From positions 27,637 through 91,636 of the forward strand of contig JACRDK010000025.1 of assembly GCA_016218585.1 (NCBI GenBank): a DNA stretch of 64,000 nt. Direction: 5' to 3'. Position 1 is the stretch's first letter. Every line of letters starts with the position of its first letter. Under the pieces are notes generated by a model. That model was not told where the DNA came from. It worked only from the letters and a program-made list of their open reading frames with translations, and did not search any database. Below are positions 55,869 through 64,000 of this stretch, in pieces. This DNA is from Candidatus Doudnabacteria bacterium (lineage in GTDB: Bacteria; Patescibacteriota; Doudnabacteria; UBA920). Position numbers and translations under genes: made by a program.

Positions 55869-56585
55869 ATGCCTTATTTTTTAAGCGAACAAAATTTAAA
55901 AATTGGACAGGAAGTTAGCATTGCCGGGGACGAAGCCAGGCACATTCTTCTTTCGCACAGAATTAAGGTTGGGGAAAAAATTAAACTGCAGGGTCCGGAC
56001 AAACAAAGATTTTTATGCGGCGTTAAACATGTTTTAAAAAACGGCTTAACAGTTGAGCCGCTAGAGAGAATTGAATTGCCGAAGGAACCGGCAGTGGAAA
56101 TTTTTTTGTTTCAATCGGCGGTCTCCGAAAAAGCGCTGGATTTTATTTTCCAAAAAAGCACGGAGCTGGGAGTAAAAAATATTATTCTTTTTAATTCTGC
56201 AAGAACCGCCACAAAACTATCGCCGGAAATTTTTAAGAAAAAGCAGCAGCGCTGGCAAAAAATAATCACCGAAGCGGCAAAACAAAGCGAGCGCGCCGAG
56301 GTTCCAGTTTTAGAGTTTTTAACCGGAATTGACCAAGTAATAAAAAAAGCGCAGAATTTAGATATTAGCTGTGTAATGGATATTACCGGCAATTCCAAAG
56401 CAGTAAATAAAAATATTGGATCAATTGGCTTAGTGGTGGGCCCGGAAGGCGGTTTTGATGATTCAGAGTTGGAAATTTTTAAGCAGGCCAAGTTTTCTTT
56501 TTTGAAAATCGGAGACATTTTATTAAGGGCGGAAACGGCAGCTTTGGCCGGGGTGGTGGCGGTTAGAACAAGCTTTGGGTTTTAA
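55869..56585 (+). CDS. rsmE: 16S rRNA (uracil1498-N3)-methyltransferase
   Basis: QK.TELGV, EAAKQS.R, VGPEGGF, ILRAETA. Confidence 0.96.
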   Translation: MPYFLSEQNLKIGQEVSIAGDEARHILLSHRIKVGEKIKLQGPDKQRFLCGVKHVLKNGLTVEPLERIELPKEPAVEIFLFQSAVSEKALDFIFQKSTELGVKNIILFNSARTATKLSPEIFKKKQQRWQKIITEAAKQSERAEVPVLEFLTGIDQVIKKAQNLDISCVMDITGNSKAVNKNIGSIGLVVGPEGGFDDSELEIFKQAKFSFLKIGDILLRAETAALAGVVAVRTSFGF

Positions 56586-56596
56586 GTTAAAACTTT

Positions 56597-57184
56597 ATGG
56601 GTTATTGGTTTGCCAAATTATTAATATATAAATATTTTATTGCTTTCCCGCTGGCTATTGTCGAAGGACCAATTATTATGGTCGCCTGTGGGTTTTTGTT
56701 AAGATTAGGGGCCTTTAGTTTTTGGCCCATTTATTTGGCTTTGGTTCTCGGGGACTTTGTTGCGGATATTGGCTGGTATTTTGTCGGTTTTTATGGCGCT
56801 AGAAAATTCGCCGTCCGCTGGGGAAAGTATTTTAGCGTAAGCCCGGAGAGTCTGGAAAAGCTGGAGAAAATTTTTGAAAAGCATCACGATAAAATTTTGT
56901 TTATTTCTAAAATTACCATGGGTTTTGGTTTTGCCCTTGGAACTTTAATTGCCGCGGGCATGGCTCGGGTGCCTTTGAAAAAATATGCGCTGTATAATTT
57001 TTTCGGCGGTTTTATTTGGACCGCGCTTTTAATCGGCATGGGTTATTTCTTCGGGCATCTTTACACGCTAATAGACAAAAGTTTTAAAATTGCATTTTTG
57101 GTATTCTTAGCGTTCCTGTTAGTAGCCGCTCTTTATGGGGCCGGCAAATATTTTAAAAATAACGTGGCAAAAAAGTATTTATAA
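56597..57184 (+). CDS. DedA family membrane protein
   Basis: EGP.....G, GD...D..WY..G, AAG...VP...Y...N......W. Confidence 0.85.
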   Translation: MGYWFAKLLIYKYFIAFPLAIVEGPIIMVACGFLLRLGAFSFWPIYLALVLGDFVADIGWYFVGFYGARKFAVRWGKYFSVSPESLEKLEKIFEKHHDKILFISKITMGFGFALGTLIAAGMARVPLKKYALYNFFGGFIWTALLIGMGYFFGHLYTLIDKSFKIAFLVFLAFLLVAALYGAGKYFKNNVAKKYL

Positions 57185-57193
57185 ATTATTGTT

Positions 57194-57937
57194 ATGGAAA
57201 ATCAGCAATTAAAAATTTCTTTTATTATCCCTACGCTGAACGAAGAAAAGGTTTTAGCCGGGCTAATTAATAACTTAAGGGAGATTAAGGCTTTTCCCTA
57301 TGAAGTAATTGTTTCCGACGGCGGCAGCAATGATTCAACCATTGCTATTGCAAAACAACTGGCCGACAAAACCGTAGAGCATAAAGAAAAAAGCCGCCAG
57401 ACTATTGGCCAGGGGCGCAATGCCGGCGCCGCCGCAGCCGCCGGAGAATATTTAGTATTTCTGGATGCCGATGTTCATATTTTTGAACCGGATAAATTCT
57501 TTGCCAAATCGCTGGCGCATTTTTCTAGCAATTCTAATTTGGTTGGTTTGGGTGGCTGGTTGAGGGTGTTTAAAAACCAGGAGACATGGGCGGACAGAAT
57601 TGGTTATGGAATTTTATCTAACCGCACCTTCTCGTTTTATAATAATTGGATAAAAGTCGGCGCTAATTGCGGAGAGTTTGGCATGGTAAAAGCTGAAGTG
57701 TTTAAAAAAATTGCCGGCTACCGCGAAGATTTGCCGGTGGATGAGGATCGGGAATTGTTTCATCGCTTGGCGAAAATTGGGCGGACGCTTACGGATTCAA
57801 AATTGATTGTTTACCACACCGGACGCAGGCCGCATACCATAGGCTGGCCAAAACTTTTATGGGAATGGATAATTAACGCCGTCTGGCTCGCCCTGTTTAA
57901 TAAATCCGCCAGCAAGGAATGGAAAGTCATTAGGTAA
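57194..57937 (+). CDS. Glycosyltransferase family 2
   Basis: SFIIPTLNEE, DGGS.D.T, RN.GA, FLDAD, ED. Confidence 0.92.
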   Translation: MENQQLKISFIIPTLNEEKVLAGLINNLREIKAFPYEVIVSDGGSNDSTIAIAKQLADKTVEHKEKSRQTIGQGRNAGAAAAAGEYLVFLDADVHIFEPDKFFAKSLAHFSSNSNLVGLGGWLRVFKNQETWADRIGYGILSNRTFSFYNNWIKVGANCGEFGMVKAEVFKKIAGYREDLPVDEDRELFHRLAKIGRTLTDSKLIVYHTGRRPHTIGWPKLLWEWIINAVWLALFNKSASKEWKVIR

Positions 57938-57991
57938 AACTAACAGTCAAAAAACCACTCTATTACTATAGTGTAATAGAGTGGTTTTGTT

Positions 57992-58750
57992 TTAAGTTAT
58001 TGATTTCCAAATTCCTTTAAAGACTTCCCGAAGGTTGGCGGCCAGCAGGGCGTCGTTTATTTCCACTAAGTAGTAAGGTTTTTGGTTTGTAGCTATCATT
58101 ACCACGTAGTCGCCAAGAATCCAGGTGGTAGCGGAAAAATTATGACTCTCTTTCCAGAATTTGATTTGCCGGCGATCAAATTTTTTCTTTTTTATTTCTT
58201 CCGCCGACTCATTGCTTAAAAGTTTAAGTGTGGTTTTTGGATTAGATCCTTTTTCCCAATACCAATCAATCCATTTTTCATAATTTTGCACAAAGGTGTT
58301 GTCCTGAAAGCCCCACCAGCATCCGTCATATTTTAAAATACTTTCATCCCAAACCGGAGTTTGCTTGTATAAATGGTTTTCTACTTCGTCTTGCGCCATA
58401 AAAACTATTTTCGGAACGGTGTACTGGGTGGCTTTGGTAATGGCTTGTAGTTCGCCAATGGCGTTTTGAATTACTGCTTTTTTATCCTGCAGCTGTTTTT
58501 CTTCCTTTTGGGCCAACATGTTCAGATCCGCCGGAGGTTTAGCAACTAAAAATAAGGTTTTCCCTCCCAAGTCTTCGGCAATCACTCCTTTGCCCACCAA
58601 CTCTTTTGCTGTGCTATAAACTGTTGTTCGGTTAATTCCGACAATCTTTGCCAGGGAAGCCGGGGTGAGTTTGCCGTGCTGAAGCAGGGTAACATAGACC
58701 AAAATTTCTTTATCGCCAAACCCCAATGTTTTTAAAAGCTCGTTTATCAT
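57992..58750 (-). CDS. TrmB-like wHTH transcriptional regulator (CPR type)
   Basis: LGF.DKE..VY..LL..G......LA...GINRTTVY.....L..KG; same architecture as 15172-15924. Confidence 0.85.
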   Translation of the reverse strand: MINELLKTLGFGDKEILVYVTLLQHGKLTPASLAKIVGINRTTVYSTAKELVGKGVIAEDLGGKTLFLVAKPPADLNMLAQKEEKQLQDKKAVIQNAIGELQAITKATQYTVPKIVFMAQDEVENHLYKQTPVWDESILKYDGCWWGFQDNTFVQNYEKWIDWYWEKGSNPKTTLKLLSNESAEEIKKKKFDRRQIKFWKESHNFSATTWILGDYVVMIATNQKPYYLVEINDALLAANLREVFKGIWKSIT

Positions 58751-58768
58751 AACTTAATGATATCATGT

Positions 58769-58864
58769 TGTTGAAAATTTGTCAACAGTATTTTCACCAA
58801 TAAAAACAAGCTTTTTGCGTTATCTATAAGATAGATTGTTGCATTATTATTGACAATTTGTCAA
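58769..58864. promoter_or_regulatory. Two operators TTGAC/A-N5-GTCAA overlapping both divergent -35 elements
   Basis: TGTTGAAAATTTGTCAACA at 58769-58787 and TTGACAATTTGTCAA at 58850-58864; -10 boxes TATCAT (minus) and TATTCT (plus) at 17-bp spacing. Confidence 0.7.
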
Positions 58865-59014
58865 TTTTCTGGTATTCTGTTTTGTTAGTGACGATGCCGA
58901 GCGATTAATAATTTTACTTGGCAATTCTTTCCAGCAGAAAAATAGTAAATTTGTCTGCGGAAACAGAGTTAAAAATTTATATTTTCCCTTTAGAGGGAAG
59001 AGAAAGGAATCATT

Positions 59015-60313
59015 ATGAAAGAATTATTGGAAAAAGTTTTTAGTATTGATAAATTAAAATCCAGTCTCAAAGTTGAGGTCTTGGCAGGGATTTCCACTTT
59101 TCTTTCTTTGTCTTATATTTTTGTGGTTAATCCAGCAATTTTGTCTGCGGCTGGCATTCCTAAATCCGCGGCTTTCTTTGCCACAATTGTTGGTTCAGTA
59201 GTAACCACTTTAGCAATGGGGCTGTGGGCTAACAAGCCTTTTGCTGTTGCTCCGGGCCTTGAGATGAATGCTTATGTGGCATTTGTGGTAGTTGGTTCTT
59301 TAGGATTTTCTTGGCAAGGGGCTATGGGCGCGGTTTTTTGGTCCGGAGTTTTAACTGTAATTTTAAGTTTAACTTCACTTCGAGTAAATATAATCAAAGC
59401 CATTCCGGATAAATTAAAATTCGGTCTGTCTGCTTCGGTTGGCGTGTTCTTAATGCTGATTGCTTTAAAGGTTTCAAACTTAACTGCCTATCAAGGTATT
59501 CAAATAATTGGCCTTGGAAAAATTGTTTCTAAAGAAGCTTTGGTGTTTCTGGTCGGGTTGGCGCTAGTTTTAGTCTTGAAAAAATTTAAAGTTAAAGGTT
59601 CTGTGCTAATAAGTATTATTGGCGCATCGGTGCTCGCTAATTTAATTGGATCAAGTCAGAGCATTGAGCCGATAAAATTAGGCAGAGAAATGTTTAGCGG
59701 AACATTTGCTTTAGATCTGTCGGTAATATTAAATCCAAAAATTTGGTCGGTGGTTATTATCTTGTTTATCTTGGACTTTTATGGAAGCATTGCCAAATTT
59801 ATAGGTCTTACCCAAAACACCTTAATTGTTGATGAACAGGGAAATTTACCAAAAATGAAAGAAGCTTTGATTATAGATGGTGCTGGTACAGTGTTGGGGG
59901 CGAGCTTGGGCACATCCAACTTAATTACTTTTGTGGAAAGCGCTGTGGGTATTGGTGAGGGTGGTAGAACCGGGCTTGTGGCAGTGGTTTGTGGGGTTTT
60001 AATGAGCTTGTTTTTGTTTTTAACCCCGCTGGTTAACTTGGTGCCCGTGGTTGCCACAGCCGGAGCTTTATTCTTTGTTGGATGGTCATTGTTACCAAAG
60101 CTTGATGATGTAAAAAAATATACTTGGGCGGAAATAGTTTCTCTGGCGGCAATGATATTGGTAACAATTTGGACTTTTGGTTTAGATAAGGCAATGTTTG
60201 CAGGGTTTGTAAGTTTTACTGTGTTCGGCTTAATTGTCAATTTTAAACAAAAACCTAACTACTACCTTTGGGGTTCCACTATAGTATTACTAGTGAGCAT
60301 ATTACTTTCTTAA
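59015..60313 (+). CDS. NCS2/AzgA-family purine nucleobase permease
   Basis: E..AG.STF....YI..VNP.IL, P..VAPG...NAY, ES..G...GGRTGL. Confidence 0.9.
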   Translation: MKELLEKVFSIDKLKSSLKVEVLAGISTFLSLSYIFVVNPAILSAAGIPKSAAFFATIVGSVVTTLAMGLWANKPFAVAPGLEMNAYVAFVVVGSLGFSWQGAMGAVFWSGVLTVILSLTSLRVNIIKAIPDKLKFGLSASVGVFLMLIALKVSNLTAYQGIQIIGLGKIVSKEALVFLVGLALVLVLKKFKVKGSVLISIIGASVLANLIGSSQSIEPIKLGREMFSGTFALDLSVILNPKIWSVVIILFILDFYGSIAKFIGLTQNTLIVDEQGNLPKMKEALIIDGAGTVLGASLGTSNLITFVESAVGIGEGGRTGLVAVVCGVLMSLFLFLTPLVNLVPVVATAGALFFVGWSLLPKLDDVKKYTWAEIVSLAAMILVTIWTFGLDKAMFAGFVSFTVFGLIVNFKQKPNYYLWGSTIVLLVSILLS

Positions 60314-60397
60314 GAGTAGGTTAATTAATTACAAGAGTTTATTTTTCCCGCAAAGAAATTTGGGGGGAAGGGGGCTCTTGTGTCCGAAAGGAAATTT

Positions 60398-61087
60398 ATG
60401 AACAATAACATTATGGTAAAGTCAATTGACTTCCAAAATCAATGGCATCAAGTTGCAGGGGAATTAGAAAAAGAAAATATTAAATTAATGTCTTACGACC
60501 AAACACTTATTGAGCAAGTTGAAACTTGGCAAGGAAAAAAAGTTCTCGATTACGGAGCGGGTCCGGGAGTATTGGCTGTAACTTTGCAAAGGCTGGGCGC
60601 GGATGTGAAAGCTTACGATATTAGTTTGGAAATGAGAAGTAAATTGGAGCAGCGCGTTGGGTACGGAAATGTTTACTCATCTGCTACAGAACTCCCCAAA
60701 AATTATTTCGATATAATTATTTGTAATTTGGTGTTGTGCATTGTATCTGAAGAAGAAGTGGAAAATATTATGTCGAACATTAGGATATGTTTAAAACCAG
60801 GAGGCGTGGCTTTTATAGGGTTTTGTAATCCAAAAATTCATAATGTGGCAGAATCACAGTTGGATTTTAGATTTTTTTCAGGGCGCCATTATCAAGAAAA
60901 CCACACTTACAAAAAAATCAAAAAAGAAGGCTTATATGAAATAGTAGAAACTCATAGGCCAGTAGATTGGTATTCCAAAGTTTTTCAGGGTTGTGGGTTA
61001 ATTCTGCTTGATATTATATTAACGCCGGAATATAAAATTCGCGACCAAAGAATTAACGATTTTACTATCTTTAAATTAGAAAAATAA
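60398..61087 (+). CDS. Class I SAM-dependent methyltransferase
   Basis: VLDYGAGPG, YDIS..M, FD.I.C..VL, LKPGG. Confidence 0.88.
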   Translation: MNNNIMVKSIDFQNQWHQVAGELEKENIKLMSYDQTLIEQVETWQGKKVLDYGAGPGVLAVTLQRLGADVKAYDISLEMRSKLEQRVGYGNVYSSATELPKNYFDIIICNLVLCIVSEEEVENIMSNIRICLKPGGVAFIGFCNPKIHNVAESQLDFRFFSGRHYQENHTYKKIKKEGLYEIVETHRPVDWYSKVFQGCGLILLDIILTPEYKIRDQRINDFTIFKLEK

Positions 61088-61119
61088 AAATACCCCCTCG
61101 TTATAATGAGGGGGTATTT

Positions 61120-61587
61120 TTATTTTGCATTTTCCGCAGCTTTTTTTATTAGCCAGCTGGAGCTCTGAATTTTTCCATGCTTCCCAACATTAAACACCAT
61201 CTCAATGCCTAATTTTTTGCAGGTCTCTATATCGTAGTATAAAGACGAGTTTGGGTCTTTGGCGTTTTTTTCATCCCTGTCTCCGCCGTTAGCAAAAATA
61301 TCCGGTTTAATTTTTTCCAGCTCCGCGCTCACGGACATTTCCTTGGCGCCTTGCGGATTTTCGGGGTGGCTGGATATTACCACTTCGTCTACGTAACGTA
61401 TGGCTTCTATAATTGCTTTTCTTTCCTTGTCTTCCATAAACGGCACGCCTTTTTTCTTTTTTATCCAGTTGTCGTTATTGATGATAACAATAAGTTTGTC
61501 GCCTAAAGCTTTAGCCTCTTTCATCATTTCCACGTGGCCGATGTGAAGAGGATCAAACCCGCCTGAGACTACAACAGTTTTTGCCAT
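61120..61587 (-). CDS. Cytidylyltransferase/adenylyltransferase family protein
   Basis: SGGFDPLHIGH, ER..I....YVDEV, KPDIFANGGD, SSS. Confidence 0.88.
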   Translation of the reverse strand: MAKTVVVSGGFDPLHIGHVEMMKEAKALGDKLIVIINNDNWIKKKKGVPFMEDKERKAIIEAIRYVDEVVISSHPENPQGAKEMSVSAELEKIKPDIFANGGDRDEKNAKDPNSSLYYDIETCKKLGIEMVFNVGKHGKIQSSSWLIKKAAENAK

Positions 61588-61607
61588 AGATTTGTGTTTA
61601 ATTAAAA

Positions 61608-62159
61608 TTATTTTTCTTCTTCCAGTCCCTCTTTAGCGAAGTTGGAATTTTTTTCGTATAAGTCCAAAATAAGTTTTTCTATTCCGGCCGGGTCAGGGAC
61701 ATTTTGGAATTCAAAGCGCTCTACTGTGCCGGCGGTTTGAATATAAACATCGCCATAATTGAAAATGGTGCCAAAAATTCCATTGGTGTTGCTGGTGGCG
61801 TCTTCCATTTTATCAATATGCAGCTCGGAGATGGTGTGGGAGAATAACCCGGTTTGAGTTATATCGACAATGCGGATGTTAGTAATAATTTGAACGTTCA
61901 AATAGTAAAAAACAAAAATTAAGAACAGGGCCAAAGCTAAAAACAGGGTGTAGACTTGGACAAATAAACCGGTCACAGTGCCCCAAACGCCTTCTAAAAT
62001 TCCCGGGAGATAGGTTGCGGCAAAACGGTTAAATAAAACTAGGGCGGCGGCAAAGAAAACCCACACTAATGTTTTTAGAACCAATGAGACCCAGTGTTCA
62101 CGAACAACCAAGTAGACAGTCTCGCTTTCGAGTTGGCTGGGAAAAAGCTTTTTGGGCAT
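61608..62159 (-). CDS. Membrane protein with a bacterial PH (bPH_2) domain
   Basis: R.HW, two TMs, ITN.RI.D..Q.GLF, NYGDV.IQTAG. Confidence 0.8.
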   Translation of the reverse strand: MPKKLFPSQLESETVYLVVREHWVSLVLKTLVWVFFAAALVLFNRFAATYLPGILEGVWGTVTGLFVQVYTLFLALALFLIFVFYYLNVQIITNIRIVDITQTGLFSHTISELHIDKMEDATSNTNGIFGTIFNYGDVYIQTAGTVERFEFQNVPDPAGIEKLILDLYEKNSNFAKEGLEEEK

Positions 62160-62165
62160 AAAATT

Positions 62166-62378
62166 TTATGAAAGTAAGATGTTTAAAGTTTGATAAGTCT
62201 CTGCCAGTATCCTTAAAAAGAAAAAACAAAAAACCAGAGAAATGGTTAAGGCAAGCGGAGTAGAGCGGCCGTAGCGAATCAGAATATAAACCCCGAAAAT
62301 TGAAAAGAAACATAAAATGCCGACAATAACATAATATACGCCGGCAATTAACAGATTGGTTGGTGAACTTAGGTTCAT
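62166..62378 (-). CDS. Small two-TM hypothetical protein
   Basis: 70-aa hydrophobic ORF in the ruvB operon. Confidence 0.7.
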   Translation of the reverse strand: MNLSSPTNLLIAGVYYVIVGILCFFSIFGVYILIRYGRSTPLALTISLVFCFFFLRILAETYQTLNILLS

Positions 62379-62383
62379 TTGTT

Positions 62384-63436
62384 TTAGATTAAAGTTTTTT
62401 GTCCCGTCGGCGCGTCCGGCGGAGTTATTCCTAAATGTTTATAAGCGGCTTCTGTGGCCACCCGTCCTTTTGGGGTTTTGGCAATAAGCCCGAGGCGGAT
62501 TAAAAAGGGTTCGTGAATGTCGGTTATGGTGTCTTCTTCTTCCCCGGTAGCCGCGGCTAAAGTATTTAAGCCGACCGCGCGTCCGGAAAATTTATGCACC
62601 AAAGTTTCCAAAACCCGGCGGTCATTTTTATCCAAGCCAAGTCCGTCGATTTCCAGAAGCTCAAGAGCCTGGCGAGCAGTTTCTAAAGCAATTGTATCAT
62701 AGCCTTTTACCTGCGCAAAGTCTCTCACGCGTTTTAATAAGCGGTTGGCAATGCGGGGAGTAAAGCGGCTGCGGCGGGAAAGTTCGGCGGCGGCCGGCCC
62801 GTCAATTTTTGCATTTAAAATTAAACTGTTGCGGTCAATAATTTTTTGCAAGTCTTCTTCCGGATAATATTCCAGTCGGTAAGTGGCGCCAAAGCGATCG
62901 CGCAGCGGACTGGAAATTAAGCCAATTCTGGTAGTCGCTCCAACTAAGGTAAACCTCGGCAGCTCCATTCTTATGCTTCTAGCTCCCGGGCCTTTTCCCA
63001 AGACAATATCAAGCACATGATCTTCCATTGCCGGATAAAGCACTTCCTCCACAGCCTTATTCAGGCGGTGAATTTCGTCTATAAATAAAACATCGCCTTC
63101 GCTTAAATTAGTAAGCAGGGAAGCTAAATCGCCGGCCCGTTCAATCGCCGGCCCGGAAGTTACTTTTATATTGCTCCCCATTTCTTTGGCAACTATAAAA
63201 GCCAGTGTGGTCTTGCCCAAACCAGGCGGCCCGTAAAATAATAAATGTTCCAGAACCTCGCTGCGCTGTTTGGCCGCTTGAATAATAATATTTAAATTGT
63301 TTTTTAAAGTTTGTTGCCCGACGTAATCCGCCAAAGTTTGCGGCCTTAGGGTTTGCTCTATAATAATTTCCTCTTCGTCGAGATTTTCGGCGTCTGCCGG
63401 AGAACTGGCTTGGTTGTCTTGTTGTGATTGAATCAT
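62384..63436 (-). CDS. ruvB: Holliday junction branch migration helicase
   Basis: LRP....[38 protein letters not shown]. Confidence 0.98.
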   Translation of the reverse strand: MIQSQQDNQASSPADAENLDEEEIIIEQTLRPQTLADYVGQQTLKNNLNIIIQAAKQRSEVLEHLLFYGPPGLGKTTLAFIVAKEMGSNIKVTSGPAIERAGDLASLLTNLSEGDVLFIDEIHRLNKAVEEVLYPAMEDHVLDIVLGKGPGARSIRMELPRFTLVGATTRIGLISSPLRDRFGATYRLEYYPEEDLQKIIDRNSLILNAKIDGPAAAELSRRSRFTPRIANRLLKRVRDFAQVKGYDTIALETARQALELLEIDGLGLDKNDRRVLETLVHKFSGRAVGLNTLAAATGEEEDTITDIHEPFLIRLGLIAKTPKGRVATEAAYKHLGITPPDAPTGQKTLI

Positions 63437-63471
63437 AAAGCTACAGAACTACAAATTAATACAAATTTACA

Positions 63472-63561
63472 CCTGCCCGCCATACTTACCTATTTTATCA
63501 ACTTAATAAGTTGCTTGATAGATTGGTTATTTTAATTTAGTCAAACAATTTGGCAGGCGGG
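63472..63561. mobile_element. Longer (~90 bp) family B element, MITE-like
   Basis: Ends CCTGCCCGCCAT ... TGGCAGGCGGG with an AT-rich interior. Confidence 0.55.
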
Positions 63562-63579
63562 GATACCCACAGATCAGAA

Positions 63580-64000
63580 TCAATTGGTGATAGTGGCTGG
63601 GGTAAAGTTTGGAGCCGTTTGTGCCGGAGTGGAAGTGGTTGAGACAAACTGTTCTTCCTTATGGTACAAAGCAGGGGATTGATAAATTGATTTAAAAGTT
63701 GAAGAACTGGTTTCTCCGTCTTTGGTAATGATTCTGGTCCAGCTGGCTTTTAGCGAACCATCCGGTTTCCTGTCATACTGAATCGGTTTTTCCAGAGTTA
63801 CCTGCCGGTCGTCCTTAGTTCCGTAAAAATCAAAAATTAAAGTATCTTTGTCTTTAAAATACGGCCAGACTAAAATCGAGCCCGGAGTGTTGTTAACAAA
63901 TTTTAAATCAACAACGCCAGGATAAATGGTGGCGTCTGTTCCTTGCGGGGCGTAATACTGAACCGCGTAAGCATGGTTTCGGCGCTGGGTAATCGGCAAT
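63580..64000 (-). CDS. VanW family protein, C-terminal part (5' end outside the window)
   Basis: PI..RR.H.Y.V.YY...G.DATIY....DLKF.N.T. Confidence 0.88.
   Translation of the reverse strand, partial: LPITQRRNHAYAVQYYAPQGTDATIYPGVVDLKFVNNTPGSILVWPYFKDKDTLIFDFYGTKDDRQVTLEKPIQYDRKPDGSLKASWTRIITKDGETSSSTFKSIYQSPALYHKEEQFVSTTSTPAQTAPNFTPATITN

Noticed and set aside
58880-59014. Purine riboswitch ahead of the NCS2 permease
   Set aside because: The conserved junction and loop motifs of the purine aptamer were not found.

Overview
A 64-kb chromosomal window that spans the replication origin (jag-yidC-yidD-rnpA-rpmH <> dnaA-dnaN-recF-dciA) of a low-GC, small-genome bacterium. Several traits point to Patescibacteria/CPR, although this is inference: an HTH-MurA fusion, TrmB-like regulators, a free-standing LAGLIDADG gene next to a tRNA, a lone gyrA and few Shine-Dalgarno sites. 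The window holds housekeeping genes (infB, rbfA, rpsA, gyrA, tyrS, ruvB, ruvC, rsmI, rsmE, rlmH, PBP1A), 11 intact tRNAs including a rare tRNA-Ile(UAU), and a GC-richer pyrF-pyrE-pyrD-pyrC block. The most striking unexplained signal is a set of small palindromic elements. (i) A GIY-YIG nuclease gene lies between a duplicated 5' half of tRNA-Ala, whose anticodon arm is replaced by a palindrome, and the intact tRNA, and it borrows its stop codon from the tRNA. A LAGLIDADG gene shows a decayed version of the same layout at tRNA-Leu. (ii) Duplicated 3' ends of tRNA-Val and tRNA-Gly are interrupted by palindromes. (iii) A related 38-bp element sits in the same reading frame in two unrelated proteins, and an 82-bp element sits in-frame in rsmI. 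Other notable items are a 21-bp-phased CACGTG array and parS-like sites inside a membrane-protein gene, a TTGAC-N5-GTCAA operator shared by two TrmB-like regulator/cargo modules, two promoter-driven candidate ncRNAs and an unannotated 35-aa acidic microprotein. All calls are by eye; no searches or folding computations were run.
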